From Gammaproteobacteria bacterium (lineage in GTDB: Bacteria > Pseudomonadota > Gammaproteobacteria > Burkholderiales > Rhodocyclaceae), in assembly GCA_018828385.1 (NCBI GenBank), contig JAHJVE010000009.1, positions 36,910 to 100,909 of the forward strand: a DNA stretch of 64,000 nucleotides. Direction: 5' to 3'. Below, in pieces: positions 39,781-53,014 of this stretch. Positions within the stretch are counted from its first letter, which is position 1. Every line of letters begins with the position of its first letter. Both the position numbers and the translations under genes were made by a program. Below the pieces are notes generated by a model, which had not been told where the DNA came from, did not search any database, and was given only the letters and a program-made list of their open reading frames with translations.

Positions 39781-40229
39781 TGCATCAAATCGACGTGAAA
39801 ATTCTCGACAACCGCCTGCGTGAAAGCCCGCCGGCCTATGCCACGCCCGGCTCAGCCGGCCTTGACCTGCGGGCCTGCATCGAGGTGCCCATTCACGTCG
39901 CCCCGGGGCAGACGACGCTGGTGCCGACCGGCATGGCGATCCATCTGGCCGATCCTGGTCTGGCGGCGATGATCCTGCCGCGCTCGGGCCTGGGCCACAA
40001 GCACGGCATCGTGCTCGGCAATCTGGTCGGGCTGATCGACAGCGACTATCAGGGCGAATTGATGGTGTCGGTGTGGAACCGCGGCGGGGTGACTTTCACG
40101 CTCAACCCGCTGGACCGCATCGCGCAGCTCATCATCGTTCCGGTGCTGCAGGTGGGTTTCAACATCGTTGACGACTTCGATGCAAGCCATCGTGGCGAAG
40201 GCGGTTTTGGCAGCACGGGGCACGCCTGA
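39780..40229 (+). CDS. dut: dUTP diphosphatase
   Basis: TGATG coupling; [32 protein letters not shown]. Confidence 0.97.
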   Translation: MHQIDVKILDNRLRESPPAYATPGSAGLDLRACIEVPIHVAPGQTTLVPTGMAIHLADPGLAAMILPRSGLGHKHGIVLGNLVGLIDSDYQGELMVSVWNRGGVTFTLNPLDRIAQLIIVPVLQVGFNIVDDFDASHRGEGGFGSTGHA

Positions 40230-40286
40230 GTCACCCGGCTCCGTTTGCGGAGCAAGCCCGGAGCGATGCGCCCGGGCCAGGCCAAA

Positions 40287-40709
40287 TCAGTTTTTCCGGT
40301 TGGCCTCTTCGATCAGCGGCTTGAGGCCCAGATCGAATTTCGTGATGTGGCTGAGCACCCAGGCGGATACTTTGGGGGCCAGGTTGCTGCTGGCGCCATA
40401 GCCGCCGGTTATCGAGGTCAGGTGGATGTGCGAGATTTCATCCATGATGGCAGTGTGGGCGGCAACGTGCTCGTCGAATAGCTCGCCTTTGAGCCCGATT
40501 TTTTTCATGAGCGCTTCTTCGCAGTCGAAATGTTGCGCCATTTTCCCCGTCAGATCCGACATGATTTCGTTGCACAGGTAGTCGGCGGAATCGCCTGAAA
40601 CCTTGCTGAGCGCACTCAGGCACTCGAACAGTCCGTCATGCTGGCTGTCGAGCGGGTGGTTGTTGAGCGCAAACGTGGCGGGGAGAAACCTGAAGTTTTG
40701 GCTAATCAT
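40287..40709 (-). CDS. Bacteriohemerythrin-like protein
   Basis: LDSQH, HFDCEE, HVAAH, WVLSHITKFD di-iron ligand pattern. Confidence 0.82.
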   Translation of the reverse strand: MISQNFRFLPATFALNNHPLDSQHDGLFECLSALSKVSGDSADYLCNEIMSDLTGKMAQHFDCEEALMKKIGLKGELFDEHVAAHTAIMDEISHIHLTSITGGYGASSNLAPKVSAWVLSHITKFDLGLKPLIEEANRKN

Positions 40710-40771
40710 GGCGCTACCTTGTCAAAATTCGCGAGTTCGCTCACGGCTATCGGCAAGTCGGTCGGCCGACG

Positions 40772-40808
40772 GATTTTGATTTTGGCCCGAATTTCCGGTT
40801 GACCGTAG
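40772..40808 (+). repeat. Dispersed TTGACCGT motif (intergenic)
   Basis: GATTTTGATTTTGGCCCGAATTTCCGGTTGACCGTAG. Confidence 0.9.
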
Positions 40809-40824
40809 CAATGCTGTCATCGGA

Positions 40825-42045
40825 TCAGAACAGTTCGATGTCGCCATCGCTGCTGTTCTTTGCGTTCTCCGAGGCGGAGTTCGATTTCATGGCATCGCTC
40901 TTGACATGCGAGTTGACGAGCAATTGGACCAGTTTCTGGCTGCGCGAGCGGAAGCGCTGCAGACCGTTGACTTCGTTGTCGTGCTGGAGGGCGAGGAAAG
41001 CGTGCATGTACTCGCCGACGTTGATTGTGCGCTGGCTGATGCGCGTCATCATCTGGGTAACGATGTCCTCGAACTGCATGGCCATCACGCCTTCCTGGGT
41101 CAGGCTGTGCATCTGCTCGGTGATTGCCGTTATGTGGTCGGAGTGTTCGCGCGCCTTGCCGGTCAACTGGATCAACTCGCCGCCGAGGTCCTGCAGCGAC
41201 GCCCGGGATTTGTCGGCGATGCTCATGTCGATATGGGTGGCATCGGCGACTCGCGTACTGACTTCCTGCAGGGAATTCATGATGTCGGTCAGCGACTTGC
41301 GGATGTCCACGTTGAATTCGCCGGTGCGGGCGGCCAGGGTGCGCACTTCGTCGGCCACCACGGCAAAGCCGCGGCCTGCCTCGCCGGCCCGGGCTGCCTC
41401 GATGGCTGCATTGAGGGCGAGGAGGTCGGTCTGTTTGGTGATGCCGGCGATGTCGTTGAGCGAGCCGGAAATGCGCGAAACCCGTTCCTGCATTTCGGTA
41501 AAACTGGCCGAGATGCCCTTGCTGGCCTCCTGCAGGTGGGCCATTTTGCCGACGAATTCGGCGATCAGCGAATTCGTTTCGTCAAAGAAGCGCTGCAGGC
41601 TGACTTGTTCATGGGCCATGGTGTTGGCGCCCGTCATGTTCAGCATCTGGTCGATCAGCGAGCGCAGGATCTGGCGCTGGTCGGAGGATTGCGACTCGAG
41701 GCCGGTCAGGCTGCCGGAAAGTTTGCTAACCGAAGCCCGGATGATTTCCTGGGCTTCCTGCATGTCGCTCTCGAGCGAGCTGAATTGCAGTTCGGCGTGG
41801 GCCATGGCTTCGTCGGAGAGAACCTGGTACTCCGCCATGGCATCCTGCAGTTCGGTGATCTGTGAACGCTGTTTGTCTTTCCAGCGTCGCCGTTCACCGT
41901 AGGAAAAAATGATCGTGCCGGCCAGCAAGACGGCAATCGCTACCAGGAAATGGGGCGAGGCCGGGCCGACAAGCAGCGACCACAGCCATAGTCCGAGGCA
42001 GGCTGCTGCAGCCAGCCAGATCAGCAGATCATCGATGCGTTTCAT
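40825..42045 (-). CDS. Methyl-accepting chemotaxis protein
   Basis: [37 protein letters not shown]; N-terminal TM hairpin. Confidence 0.92.
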   Translation of the reverse strand: MKRIDDLLIWLAAAACLGLWLWSLLVGPASPHFLVAIAVLLAGTIIFSYGERRRWKDKQRSQITELQDAMAEYQVLSDEAMAHAELQFSSLESDMQEAQEIIRASVSKLSGSLTGLESQSSDQRQILRSLIDQMLNMTGANTMAHEQVSLQRFFDETNSLIAEFVGKMAHLQEASKGISASFTEMQERVSRISGSLNDIAGITKQTDLLALNAAIEAARAGEAGRGFAVVADEVRTLAARTGEFNVDIRKSLTDIMNSLQEVSTRVADATHIDMSIADKSRASLQDLGGELIQLTGKAREHSDHITAITEQMHSLTQEGVMAMQFEDIVTQMMTRISQRTINVGEYMHAFLALQHDNEVNGLQRFRSRSQKLVQLLVNSHVKSDAMKSNSASENAKNSSDGDIELF

Positions 42046-42151
42046 TCACCGGTTCCGAAGCAAATAGTGCACGGCATTGTAAGGCCGCGCTGGCACGGCC
42101 GTTACAAAAAAATGATCTGCCCGCACCGGATTGGTGCGGATTTTTGGAGAA

Positions 42152-43522
<1,371 letters not shown>

Positions 43523-43524
43523 GT

Positions 43525-43806
43525 TCAGCCCTCCTTCTTCTTGAACATGGCGAGCATGCGTTCGGTGACAACGTAACCGCCGGCGGCATTGGCCGCGCCG
43601 AGGGCGACGGCGAAGAAGCCGATGGCTTGCTGGACGGGCGTGTCAGCGGTGCCGAGCATGAGCATGGCACCGACGACGACAACGCCGTGGATGAAGTTGG
43701 AGCCGGACATCAGCGGCGTGTGCAGGATGACCGGGACCTTGGCGATGATCTCGTAGCCGGTGAAGGCGGCGAGCATGAAGATGTAGAGCGCGAGCAAGCC
43801 GTCCAT
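43525..43806 (-). CDS. pntAB: NAD(P) transhydrogenase alpha subunit part 2 (membrane)
   Basis: LHTPLMSGSNFIHG, GGYVVTERML. Confidence 0.93.
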   Translation of the reverse strand: MDGLLALYIFMLAAFTGYEIIAKVPVILHTPLMSGSNFIHGVVVVGAMLMLGTADTPVQQAIGFFAVALGAANAAGGYVVTERMLAMFKKKEG

Positions 43807-44933
43807 TACGCTTCTCCCATGACTTGTTTGACCACGCTGTGGACGGTGACGCCGTCCTTGCAGAGCAGTGTGCCGGCGACGACGTCGTCTTCCCAGTCGA
43901 AAACCAGTTCGCCGTCCTTGATCCACGGCGAGAGGAAGTTGTAGAGGTTCTTGGCGTAGAGCTCGGAGGCGTGGGTCGGCATGCGGGAAGGCAGGTTCAA
44001 TGGGCCGTGGATGTTCACGTCGTTGGCGATGACGTGTTCGCCGGGTTGGGTCAAAGCGCAGTTGCCACCGGATTCGGCCGCCATGTCGACAATGATGGCG
44101 CCGTATTTCATGCGGCCGATCATGTCGGTGGTGATGATGATCGGCGCCTTCTTGCCGGGGATGGCAGCGGTGGTGATGACGACATCCGAGAGGGCGACGG
44201 CCTTGGCCAGTTTCTCGGTCTGGGCGGCCTTCTCTTCGGCCGTCAGTTCGCGGGCGTAACCGCCGACGCCATCAGCGGCAACGCCGGTGTCGACGAATTT
44301 GGCGCCGAGCGATTCGATCTGCTCGCGGGCAGCGGAACGCACGTCGTAGGCTTCTACCATGGCACCGAGACGTTTGCAGGTGGCGATGGCTTGCAGGCCA
44401 GCGACGCCGGCACCAATCACCAGCACACGCGCCGGGCGGATGGTGCCGGCGGCGGTGGTCAGCATCGGGAAGAACTTGGTGCACCGGGCGGCGGCGATCA
44501 GGCCGCACTGGTAGCCGGCGCAGGCGCCTTGCGACGAGAGCGCGTCCATGCTCTGGGCGCGCGAGATGCGCGGCAGCAGTTCAAGCGCGAAGGCGGTGAT
44601 CTTGCGGGCGTTCAGCGCGGCGAGGCGGGCCTTGTCTTCGAAGGGCTTGAGCAGGCCGATAAGGACCGAGCCTTCGGGCAGGGCGGCGATCTCTTCGGGG
44701 CTGGGCGGCGTGACGCGCAGGGTTAGCTGGGCCGCGCCACAGGCATCGGCAATGCCGTCAACGAGCGTGACGCCCGGGTAATCGGAATCCAGGAAATGGC
44801 TTTGGGTGCCGGCGCTTTGCTCCATCCGGAGGCTGGCCCCGAGGGCGGCGAATTTCTTGGCAGTCTCGGGAACGAGGGCGACTCGGCTTTCACCGGGTAG
44901 CCGTTCCCTGACTACTGCGATAGTAATGGACAT
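43806..44933 (-). CDS. pntAA: NAD(P) transhydrogenase alpha subunit part 1
   Basis: ESRVALVPE, RISRAQSMDALSSQ, GAGVAGLQA, TTAAIPG. Confidence 0.95.
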   Translation of the reverse strand: MSITIAVVRERLPGESRVALVPETAKKFAALGASLRMEQSAGTQSHFLDSDYPGVTLVDGIADACGAAQLTLRVTPPSPEEIAALPEGSVLIGLLKPFEDKARLAALNARKITAFALELLPRISRAQSMDALSSQGACAGYQCGLIAAARCTKFFPMLTTAAGTIRPARVLVIGAGVAGLQAIATCKRLGAMVEAYDVRSAAREQIESLGAKFVDTGVAADGVGGYARELTAEEKAAQTEKLAKAVALSDVVITTAAIPGKKAPIIITTDMIGRMKYGAIIVDMAAESGGNCALTQPGEHVIANDVNIHGPLNLPSRMPTHASELYAKNLYNFLSPWIKDGELVFDWEDDVVAGTLLCKDGVTVHSVVKQVMGEA

Positions 44934-45035
44934 GCTGACTCTCCTGAAATACGTGTGATATTTTCCCGCATATTGGCATTGTTTTCGAATTTAGCCAACT
45001 TGAATAGTGCCGAATTTTTGTCAAAGAAGGGTGAC

Positions 45036-45064
45036 AAAAAAGCGGCCCCAAGCTGCGGGGCCGC
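45036..45064 (-). terminator. Terminator ending the cbb operon
   Basis: GCGGCCCC-N7-GGGGCCGC with T6 on the minus strand. Confidence 0.8.
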
Positions 45065-45100
45065 AAAACGCAAGGTACAGCAGAGTGATGCTCGGTTTGG

Positions 45101-46138
45101 TCAGCGGTAGGCGGTAGCCATTTTTTCCAGTGACACGGGTTTGATGCGGTTGGCCCGGCCGGCACTGCCGAAGGCCTCGAAACGCAATTTGCAGATGTCG
45201 CGCGCCGCGGCGACGGCGGCTTTCAAAAAGGCGCGCGGGTCGAATTCCTCCGGCTTTTCGGCCATCGCCTTGCGCATGGCGCCGGTCATGGCGAGGCGGA
45301 TATCGGTGTCGATATTGACCTTGCGCACGCCGTGGCGGATGCCTTCGACGATTTCTTCGACCGGCACGCCGTAGGTTTCCTTCATCGCGCCGCCGTATTG
45401 GCGGATGACGTCCAGCCATTCCTGCGGCACGCTGGACGAGCCGTGCATGACCAGGTGGGTATTGGGGATGCGGGCGTGGATGGCCTTGATACGGTCGATG
45501 GCGAGGATTTCGCCGGTCGGCGGCCGGGTGAATTTGTAGGCGCCGTGGCTGGTGCCGATGGCGATGGCCAGCGCATCGACGCCGGTTTTGGCGACGAAGT
45601 CGGCGGCCTCTTCGGGGTCGGTCAGCATTTGCGAATGGTCGAGCTTGCCGGCCGCGCCGATGCCATCTTCCTCACCGGCCTCGCCGGTTTCCAGCGAGCC
45701 GAGGCAGCCCAGTTCGCCTTCGACCGAAACGCCGATGGCGTGGGCCATCTCGACCACCTTGCTGGTCACCAGGACGTTGTAGGCGTAGGGCGCCGGCGTC
45801 TTGCCGTCCGGGCCCAGCGAACCGTCCATCATGACGCTGGAAAAACCGCTGCGCATCGATTGCTGGCAGACGGCCGGCGAGGTGCCGTGGTCCTGGTGCA
45901 GGCAGACGGGAATGTCCGGATATTGCTCGATGGCGGCTTCGACCAGCTTGCGCAGGAAGGGCTCGCCGGCGTATTTCCGTGCTCCCGCCGAGGCTTGCAG
46001 GATGACCGGGCTGTCGCAGGCTTCGGCCGCCTGCATGATGGCCTGGATCTGCTCCATGTTATTGACGTTGAAGGCGGGTAGACCGTAGCTGTGCTCGGCC
46101 GCGTGGTCGAGCAACTGGCGCAGGGAAATAAGGGCCAT
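45101..46138 (-). CDS. fba: Class II fructose-bisphosphate aldolase (CbbA)
   Basis: [34 protein letters not shown]. Confidence 0.95.
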   Translation of the reverse strand: MALISLRQLLDHAAEHSYGLPAFNVNNMEQIQAIMQAAEACDSPVILQASAGARKYAGEPFLRKLVEAAIEQYPDIPVCLHQDHGTSPAVCQQSMRSGFSSVMMDGSLGPDGKTPAPYAYNVLVTSKVVEMAHAIGVSVEGELGCLGSLETGEAGEEDGIGAAGKLDHSQMLTDPEEAADFVAKTGVDALAIAIGTSHGAYKFTRPPTGEILAIDRIKAIHARIPNTHLVMHGSSSVPQEWLDVIRQYGGAMKETYGVPVEEIVEGIRHGVRKVNIDTDIRLAMTGAMRKAMAEKPEEFDPRAFLKAAVAAARDICKLRFEAFGSAGRANRIKPVSLEKMATAYR

Positions 46139-46149
46139 GGCGTGTCCTT

Positions 46150-47175
<1,026 letters not shown>

Positions 47176-47277
47176 TTAAGAATTCTTGAGCGAGCCGCCC
47201 CCTACGCTCGCAGCAACGGGCGTTCGGGACGACTTGAATTGGGGTTGGGCCGGGCTAGGCGGGCGTCGGGTCAGGCA

Positions 47278-49323
47278 TCAGAAATCGCCATCGCTGCCCC
47301 CGGCGCTGACAATGGTGCGCAGCACCGTCTGCGCCAGGTTGTCGGCCGTCAGGCCGTAGTGTTCGTAGAGCACCGGGGCCGGGGCCGAGGCGCCGAATTC
47401 GTCGATGCCAACCACATCGCCATCAAGCCCGACGTATTTGTGCCAGAAATCGGTCTGCCCGGCTTCAATGGCGACGCGGCAGACGTCCGGCGGCAGCACG
47501 AGCTTTTTCCACGTCGACGACTGCTGGTCGAAGCGCCGCGTGCAGGGCATCGAGACGACGCGGACGGCGACCCCGCCGGCTTTCAGGATGGCCTGTGCCT
47601 GCATGGCGATGGCCACTTCGGAGCCGGTGGCGATGATCACCGCCTGCAGCTGGCCGTCGGCTTCGGAGAGCACGTAGCCGCCACGGCTGGCACCTTCCGC
47701 CCGGCTCGCCGCGCCGCCGTATTGCGGCAGATTTTGACGCGACAAAAAGAGGGCGGAAGGTCCGTTTTGGCGCTCGAGCGCTTCGGCCCAGGCAATGGCC
47801 GTTTCCAGCTCGTCGCAGGGCCGCCACAGGTCGAGGCCGGGAATGATGCGCAGGCTGCTGGCGTGTTCGACCGGCTGGTGGGTCGGGCCGTCCTCGCCGA
47901 GGCCGATGGAGTCGTGGGTCAGGACATGGACGACGCGCTGGTTCATGAGCGCGCTCATCCGGATGGCGTTGCGGGCGTAGTCGGAGAACACGGCGAAGGT
48001 GCCGCCGTAGGGAATCAGCCCGCCGTGCAGGGCAACGCCGTTCATGATCGCCGTCATGCCGAATTCGCGGACGCCGTAGGAAACGTAGTTGGCCTGGCGG
48101 GCGCCGGCTTCGTGCAAGGCGACGCTGCCCTTGCCGGCAGTCAGGTTGGAGCCGGTCAGGTCGGCCGAGCCGCCGAGCAGTTCGGGCACGCGGTCGACCA
48201 GCAGATCGAGGCAGTTCTGCGACGATTTGCGGGTGGCGACGGCGCCTTCCTTGCGGCCCGCCGCGGCGAGTAGGTCGCTTTTGATTTCGGGCCATTTTTC
48301 CGGTAGACCGTGGGATTGGGTGCGGTCGAACTCAGCGGCGAGTTCCGGGTACTGGGCGCGGTAGGCGGCGAACTTGTTGTGCCAGCCGGCTTCGGCCGCG
48401 GCGCCCGTGGTGCGCGCATTCCACGCGGCACGCAGGCTATCCGGCACTTCGAACGGGCCATGCGGCCAGCCGAGCGCGGCGCGGGTGGCGGCCGTTTCGT
48501 CGGCACCGAGCGGGGCGCCATGCACGTCATGCGAACCGGCCTTGTTCGGCGAACCCCAACCGATCTGCGTGCGGCAGACGATCAGCGTCGGCTGGCCGGT
48601 GACCGCCTTGGCTTCGGCGATGGCCGCGCCGAGCGCAGCCGAATCATGGCCGTCAATCGGCCCGACAACATGCCAGCCATAAGCGCGGAAACGGGCCGGG
48701 GTGTCGTCGCGGAACCAGCCTTCGACGTGGCCGTCGATGGAAATCCCGTTGTCGTCATAGAAGCAGGTCAGCTTGTCGAGGCCCCAGACGCCGGCCAGCG
48801 AGCAGGCTTCGTGGCTGATGCCTTCCATCAGGCAGCCGTCGCCGACGAAGACCCAGGTGCGGTGATCGACGATGTCGCAGCCCGGCCGGTTGTAGCGCTG
48901 GGCCAGCAGTTTCTCAGCCAGCGCCATGCCGACGGCGTTGGTCAGCCCTTGGCCGAGCGGGCCGGTGGTCGTCTCGACGCCGGGCGTGTGGCCGACTTCC
49001 GGGTGGCCGGCGGTGCGGCTGCCGAACTGGCGGAAGTTCTTGAGGTCGTCGAGATTGAGGTCGTAGCCGGTCAGGTGGAGCAGCGCGTAGAGCAGCATCG
49101 AGCCGTGGCCGTTGGACAGCACGAAACGGTCGCGGTCGGGCCACTGCGGGTTGGCGGGATTGTGTTTGAGATGGTCGCGCCACAGCACTTCGGCGATGTC
49201 GGCCATGCCCATCGGCGCGCCAGGGTGGCCGGATTTGGCCTGGTTGACGGCGTCGATGGCGAGAAAGCGGACGGCGTTGGCCAACTCGCGGCGAAAGGTG
49301 GTTTCGGTCTGGTTGCGGTCCAT
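47278..49323 (-). CDS. tkt: Transketolase (CbbT)
   Basis: [33 protein letters not shown]. Confidence 0.96.
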   Translation of the reverse strand: MDRNQTETTFRRELANAVRFLAIDAVNQAKSGHPGAPMGMADIAEVLWRDHLKHNPANPQWPDRDRFVLSNGHGSMLLYALLHLTGYDLNLDDLKNFRQFGSRTAGHPEVGHTPGVETTTGPLGQGLTNAVGMALAEKLLAQRYNRPGCDIVDHRTWVFVGDGCLMEGISHEACSLAGVWGLDKLTCFYDDNGISIDGHVEGWFRDDTPARFRAYGWHVVGPIDGHDSAALGAAIAEAKAVTGQPTLIVCRTQIGWGSPNKAGSHDVHGAPLGADETAATRAALGWPHGPFEVPDSLRAAWNARTTGAAAEAGWHNKFAAYRAQYPELAAEFDRTQSHGLPEKWPEIKSDLLAAAGRKEGAVATRKSSQNCLDLLVDRVPELLGGSADLTGSNLTAGKGSVALHEAGARQANYVSYGVREFGMTAIMNGVALHGGLIPYGGTFAVFSDYARNAIRMSALMNQRVVHVLTHDSIGLGEDGPTHQPVEHASSLRIIPGLDLWRPCDELETAIAWAEALERQNGPSALFLSRQNLPQYGGAASRAEGASRGGYVLSEADGQLQAVIIATGSEVAIAMQAQAILKAGGVAVRVVSMPCTRRFDQQSSTWKKLVLPPDVCRVAIEAGQTDFWHKYVGLDGDVVGIDEFGASAPAPVLYEHYGLTADNLAQTVLRTIVSAGGSDGDF
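48277..48313 (+). repeat. Dispersed motif, TAGACCGT variant (in tkt)
   Basis: TTTGATTTCGGGCCATTTTTCCGGTAGACCGTGG. Confidence 0.75.
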
Positions 49324-49436
49324 GGTTGTCTCCGTTTTTTTCAAATTCAGCTTGCAGTTCGCCATCCCCGGGCGAGCGGGGATGCGGTTCCTTGCATTTA
49401 CGGGTTCCTTCCCGCCCGAGCAGGAAGGAAAAGTCG

Positions 49437-50309
49437 CTAGGCGCGCCGCTTGTGGTCCATCAAGCGCAAAACCATCGGCGTGAAAATCATCTGCATGGCC
49501 AGACCCATCTTGCCGCCCGGCACGACCAGCGTGTTCGGGCGGGTCATCATGGCGCCGTGCAGGATGTTGATCAGGTACTGGAAGTCGATGCCCTTCGGGT
49601 TGGCGAAGCGGATCACCACCATGCTTTCGTCGGCCGTCGGGATGTCGCGGGCGATGAAGGGATTGGAGGTATCGACGATGGGCACGCGCTGGAAATTGAC
49701 GTGCGTGCGCGAGAACTGCGGGCAGAGGTGGCTGACGTAGTCCGGCATGCGGCGCAGGATGGTGTCGGTGACCGCCTCCTGCGAATAGCCGCGCATTTTC
49801 TGGTCGCGGTGCAGCTTCTGGATCCATTCGAGGTTGATGGTCGGCACGACGCCAACGCAAAGATCGACCTGTTTGGCTATGTCGATCCGGTCGTCGGCGT
49901 AGGCGCCGTGCAGGCCTTCATAGAACATCAGGTCGGTGGCCTCGGTGATTTCCTGCCACGGCGTGAAGGTGCCCGGCTGCTGGCCGAAAGGCTCGGCCTC
50001 GCCGGCATCGTGCAGGTATTTGCGGACCTTGCCGCAGCCATCCTTGCCATAGGCGATGAACAGATCCTGCAGTTCCTCAAGCAGATTGGCTTCCGGCCCG
50101 AAGTGGCTGAAGTTGCGATTGCCGGCCTCTTCCTGCGCTTTCATTTCGGCGCGCATGGCCAGGCGGTCGTAGCGATGGAAGGAATCGCCCTCGACGATCT
50201 GCGCATTCAGCCCCTCGCGGCGAAAGATGTGCTGGAAACTCTGCATCACCGTGCTGGTGCCGGCCCCGGACGAGCCGGTGATGGCGATGATGGGATGTTT
50301 GACGGACAT
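49437..50309 (-). CDS. cbbP: Phosphoribulokinase (CbbP)
   Basis: [33 protein letters not shown]. Confidence 0.96.
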   Translation of the reverse strand: MSVKHPIIAITGSSGAGTSTVMQSFQHIFRREGLNAQIVEGDSFHRYDRLAMRAEMKAQEEAGNRNFSHFGPEANLLEELQDLFIAYGKDGCGKVRKYLHDAGEAEPFGQQPGTFTPWQEITEATDLMFYEGLHGAYADDRIDIAKQVDLCVGVVPTINLEWIQKLHRDQKMRGYSQEAVTDTILRRMPDYVSHLCPQFSRTHVNFQRVPIVDTSNPFIARDIPTADESMVVIRFANPKGIDFQYLINILHGAMMTRPNTLVVPGGKMGLAMQMIFTPMVLRLMDHKRRA

Positions 50310-50342
50310 GTGTTTCTCCCTGCAGATGTGAATTCTTGTGCC

Positions 50343-51410
50343 CTAGGCCGGGTCGCGGAACAAGGAGCGGTCCGAGAACAGCGGCGAAATAAACGGCCGA
50401 TCAGCCCCGGTGTCGTATTCCTGGTGGTAGCGCTCGAGCCGCTCGACCTCGTTCTTCGAGCCGAGGATGACCGGCAGGCGCTGGTGCAGGCTGTCCGGCG
50501 CAATATCGAGGATGCGCTGGCGGCCGGTGCTCGCCGCGCCGCCGGCCTGCTCGATGAGCATGGCCATCGGGTTGGCTTCGTAAAGCAGGCGCAGACGCCC
50601 CGGCTTGGACGGATCCTTGCTGTCCTTCGGATACATGAAAATGCCGCCGCGGATCAGGATGCGATGCACTTCGGCGACCATCGAGGCGATCCAGCGGGTG
50701 TTGAAATCCTCGCCGCGGACGCCCGTCTTGCCGGCCTTGCACTCGCTGACATAGCGCTGCACCGGCGGCTCCCAGAAGCGTTCGTTGGACGTGTTGATGG
50801 CGAATTCGCGGGTATCTTCCGGGACGCGGATATTGGCGTGGGTCAGGATGAAGTTGCCGCTCTCGCGGTCCAGCGTGAAGCCGTGCGTGCCGTTGCCGAG
50901 CGTCAGCACCATCATCGTCGACGGGCCGTAGATGGCGTAGCCGGCGGCCACCTGTTCGCTGCCCGGGCGCAGGTAATCGCCGAGCTGGGCGTCGCCTGCG
51001 GTCGACCGCGAAAATATCGAAAAAATGGTGCCGACCGAGACATTGACGTCGCTGTTCGACGAGCCATCGAGCGGGTCAAAAACCAGCAGGTAACGGCCGC
51101 GCGGGTATTCGGCCGGGATCGGGTAAGGGTCGTCCATTTCCTCGGAAGCCATGCCGGCCAGCTGGCCACCCCACTCGCAGTGACGCAGGATGGCTTCGTT
51201 GGTCAGCACATCGAGCTTCTTCTGCACCTCGCCCTGGACATTGGTGCTGTCCAGCGCGCCATGGTGGCCTGCCAGCGCCCCCTTGGCGACCATCGCCGAA
51301 ATGGTCTTGACGGCGGCGGCGACGTCGATGAGCAGGGCGCCGAGCTCGCCGTGGCTGGACCGGGTGTTTTCGATGACGAACTTGGAAAGAGTAGTGCGAC
51401 CGAATTGCAT
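50343..51410 (-). CDS. fbp: Class 1 fructose-1,6-bisphosphatase (CbbF)
   Basis: [28 protein letters not shown]; GGAG RBS. Confidence 0.95.
   Translation of the reverse strand: MQFGRTTLSKFVIENTRSSHGELGALLIDVAAAVKTISAMVAKGALAGHHGALDSTNVQGEVQKKLDVLTNEAILRHCEWGGQLAGMASEEMDDPYPIPAEYPRGRYLLVFDPLDGSSNSDVNVSVGTIFSIFSRSTAGDAQLGDYLRPGSEQVAAGYAIYGPSTMMVLTLGNGTHGFTLDRESGNFILTHANIRVPEDTREFAINTSNERFWEPPVQRYVSECKAGKTGVRGEDFNTRWIASMVAEVHRILIRGGIFMYPKDSKDPSKPGRLRLLYEANPMAMLIEQAGGAASTGRQRILDIAPDSLHQRLPVILGSKNEVERLERYHQEYDTGADRPFISPLFSDRSLFRDPA
50996..51032 (-). repeat. Dispersed motif, degenerate (in fbp)
   Basis: Reverse complement CATTTTTTCGATATTTTCGCGGTCGACCGCAG. Confidence 0.55.
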
Positions 51411-51452
51411 GGTGTCTCCAATCATTCTTGTGTTACCGCATTGGTAGCCAAG

Positions 51453-51516
51453 ATAAGTGACTTATTAATTAAGTAACAGTCAGAATTTCTTATTGCCTGC
51501 ATAAGTTATAGCTTAT
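51453..51516. promoter_or_regulatory. Putative CbbR (LysR) operator between divergent fbp and cbbY
   Basis: TTAT-N7-ATAA at 51490-51504 plus ATAAG/CTTAT inverted half-sites in an AT-rich spacer. Confidence 0.65.
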
Positions 51517-51589
51517 TAAGTCGATGCTTAACGGCCACTTCAAAAAATCTGACTGGATGCCGGAAAAACACCGGGCTATCGTCCGCCGC

Positions 51590-52321
51590 ATGCCCCCACT
51601 CCACGCCCTGATCTTCGACGTTGACGGCACGCTCGCCGACACCGAGCGCGACGGCCATCGCCCCGCCTTCAACCACGCCTTCGCCGATCTCGGGCTGGAC
51701 TGGCATTGGGACGAAAGGCTGTACGGCGAACTCCTTGCCATCACCGGCGGCAAGGAACGCATCCGCCACTACGCCGCCCGCCACGCCCCCGCCATCGCCG
51801 CCCGGCCCGAATTCGAAGTGCTCGTCCGCGAGTTGCACGCCGCCAAGACCCGCCACTACCTGCGCCTCGTCGACTCCGGCAGCCTGCCGCTGCGCCCCGG
51901 CGTCGCCGCGCTCATCCAGCACGCCCGCCAGCGCGGCCTGCGCCTCGCCATCGCCACCACGACCACCCCGGAAAACGTCACCGCGCTGCTCCACGCCACG
52001 CTCGGGCCGGACGCCCCGGGCTGGTTCGAAATCATCGGCGCCGGCGACATCGTGCCCAACAAGAAGCCGGCCCCCGACATCTACCGCTGGGTCCTCGACC
52101 GCCTCGCCCTGCCGGCCGACAACTGCCTGGCCATCGAAGACTCCGCCAACGGCCTGGACGCCGCCCGCGCCGCCGGCCTGCGCTGCCTCGTCACGCCCAA
52201 CGACTACACCGCCGGCGACGACTTCAGCGGCGCCTGGCAGGTGCTGGCCGACCTGCGCGAGATCGATCTCGACGCCTTAGCCGCCCCGGAAATTTCAAAA
52301 TTGGCCGAAATTTCCGGTTGA
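51590..52321 (+). CDS. cbbY: CbbY HAD-IA phosphatase
   Basis: ALIFDVDGTLADTERDGHR.AFN, KKPAPDIY, AIEDSANG; adjacent to cbb operon. Confidence 0.9.
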   Translation: MPPLHALIFDVDGTLADTERDGHRPAFNHAFADLGLDWHWDERLYGELLAITGGKERIRHYAARHAPAIAARPEFEVLVRELHAAKTRHYLRLVDSGSLPLRPGVAALIQHARQRGLRLAIATTTTPENVTALLHATLGPDAPGWFEIIGAGDIVPNKKPAPDIYRWVLDRLALPADNCLAIEDSANGLDAARAAGLRCLVTPNDYTAGDDFSGAWQVLADLREIDLDALAAPEISKLAEISG

Positions 52322-52327
52322 CCGTAT
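52291..52327 (+). repeat. Dispersed TTGACCGT motif (supplies cbbY stop codon)
   Basis: AATTTCAAAATTGGCCGAAATTTCCGGTTGACCGTAT. Confidence 0.88.
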
Positions 52328-52408
52328 CAAGCCCCGCCACGCAACCCTCAAGTTCGCCCCCGCATTGGCCGTTAGAGTCGGTAGAACCATCAACCCGGGA
52401 GCGAGACC

Positions 52409-52756
52409 ATGAGCGAAAAAGAAACCAGCGACAGCCAGGAACAACCCGCCAAGCCACGATCATTTGACAAACTGACCATCATCCTCGTCGCCGTCATGCT
52501 CGTCGTGACGCTGGCCAACACCGCGCTGATCGTCATGAACCCCACCGCCAAAAAAGTCGAGCAATTCAACGAAGAACTCAAGACCGACCTGGCCGACAGC
52601 GTCGCCACCCTGCACAAAAAGATCGACGGTCTGCGCTCGGCCGAAATCGAATGGCAAACCGTACTCAAGAAAGCCAAAGCCAAGCCCGACGCCACCTACA
52701 AGGTCGTCAACACCCAGGACGGCTATCTGACGCTGACGGAAGTCGCCGCACAGTAA
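52409..52756 (+). CDS. Hypothetical single-TM protein (115 aa)
   Basis: Host-like codon usage, one hydrophobic segment followed by coiled-coil-like region. Confidence 0.65.
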   Translation: MSEKETSDSQEQPAKPRSFDKLTIILVAVMLVVTLANTALIVMNPTAKKVEQFNEELKTDLADSVATLHKKIDGLRSAEIEWQTVLKKAKAKPDATYKVVNTQDGYLTLTEVAAQ

Positions 52757-52795
52757 GTCGGAGCGGCGGGAAGCCCCGACGCCAAGGGGCGGGGG

Positions 52796-52832
52796 GATTT
52801 CAAAATTGGCTGTTTTTTCCGGTTGACCGTGG
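52796..52832 (+). repeat. Dispersed TTGACCGT motif (intergenic)
   Basis: GATTTCAAAATTGGCTGTTTTTTCCGGTTGACCGTGG. Confidence 0.9.
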
Positions 52833-52863
52833 GAAGCCTGGTTAACCGGAAAATCAAAGACGT

Positions 52864-52888
52864 AAAAAAAGCCGGGAAATCCCGGCTT
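52864..52888 (-). terminator. Rho-independent terminator
   Basis: AAGCCGGG-N4-CCCGGCTT with T run on the minus strand. Confidence 0.75.
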
Positions 52889-52906
52889 CTACGTTCAGGC
52901 GCTTGA

Positions 52907-52975
52907 TCAAGCGGCTTTTTTCAACGGCTCGTTATCGTGCTTGCTGGCGCTCAAAACCTCGATGCCAACAACATG
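52907..52975 (-). pseudogene. 3' remnant of a DUF2283-like gene truncated by repeat copy A
   Basis: Translates HVVGIEVLSASKHDNEPLKKAA*, like the DUF2283 C-terminus (GxVVGIEIL.AS); 5' part replaced by the repeat. Confidence 0.55.
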
Positions 52976-53009
52976 AATAAAGGGGGATAGACCACGGTTT
53001 CTGCGTCTT
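52975..53009 (+). repeat. GGGACAGACCACGG-family repeat, copy A
   Basis: GAATAAAGGGGGATAGACCACGGTTTCTGCGTCTT; 34/35 identical to 54281-54315. Confidence 0.85.
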
Positions 53010-53014
53010 GGCGC

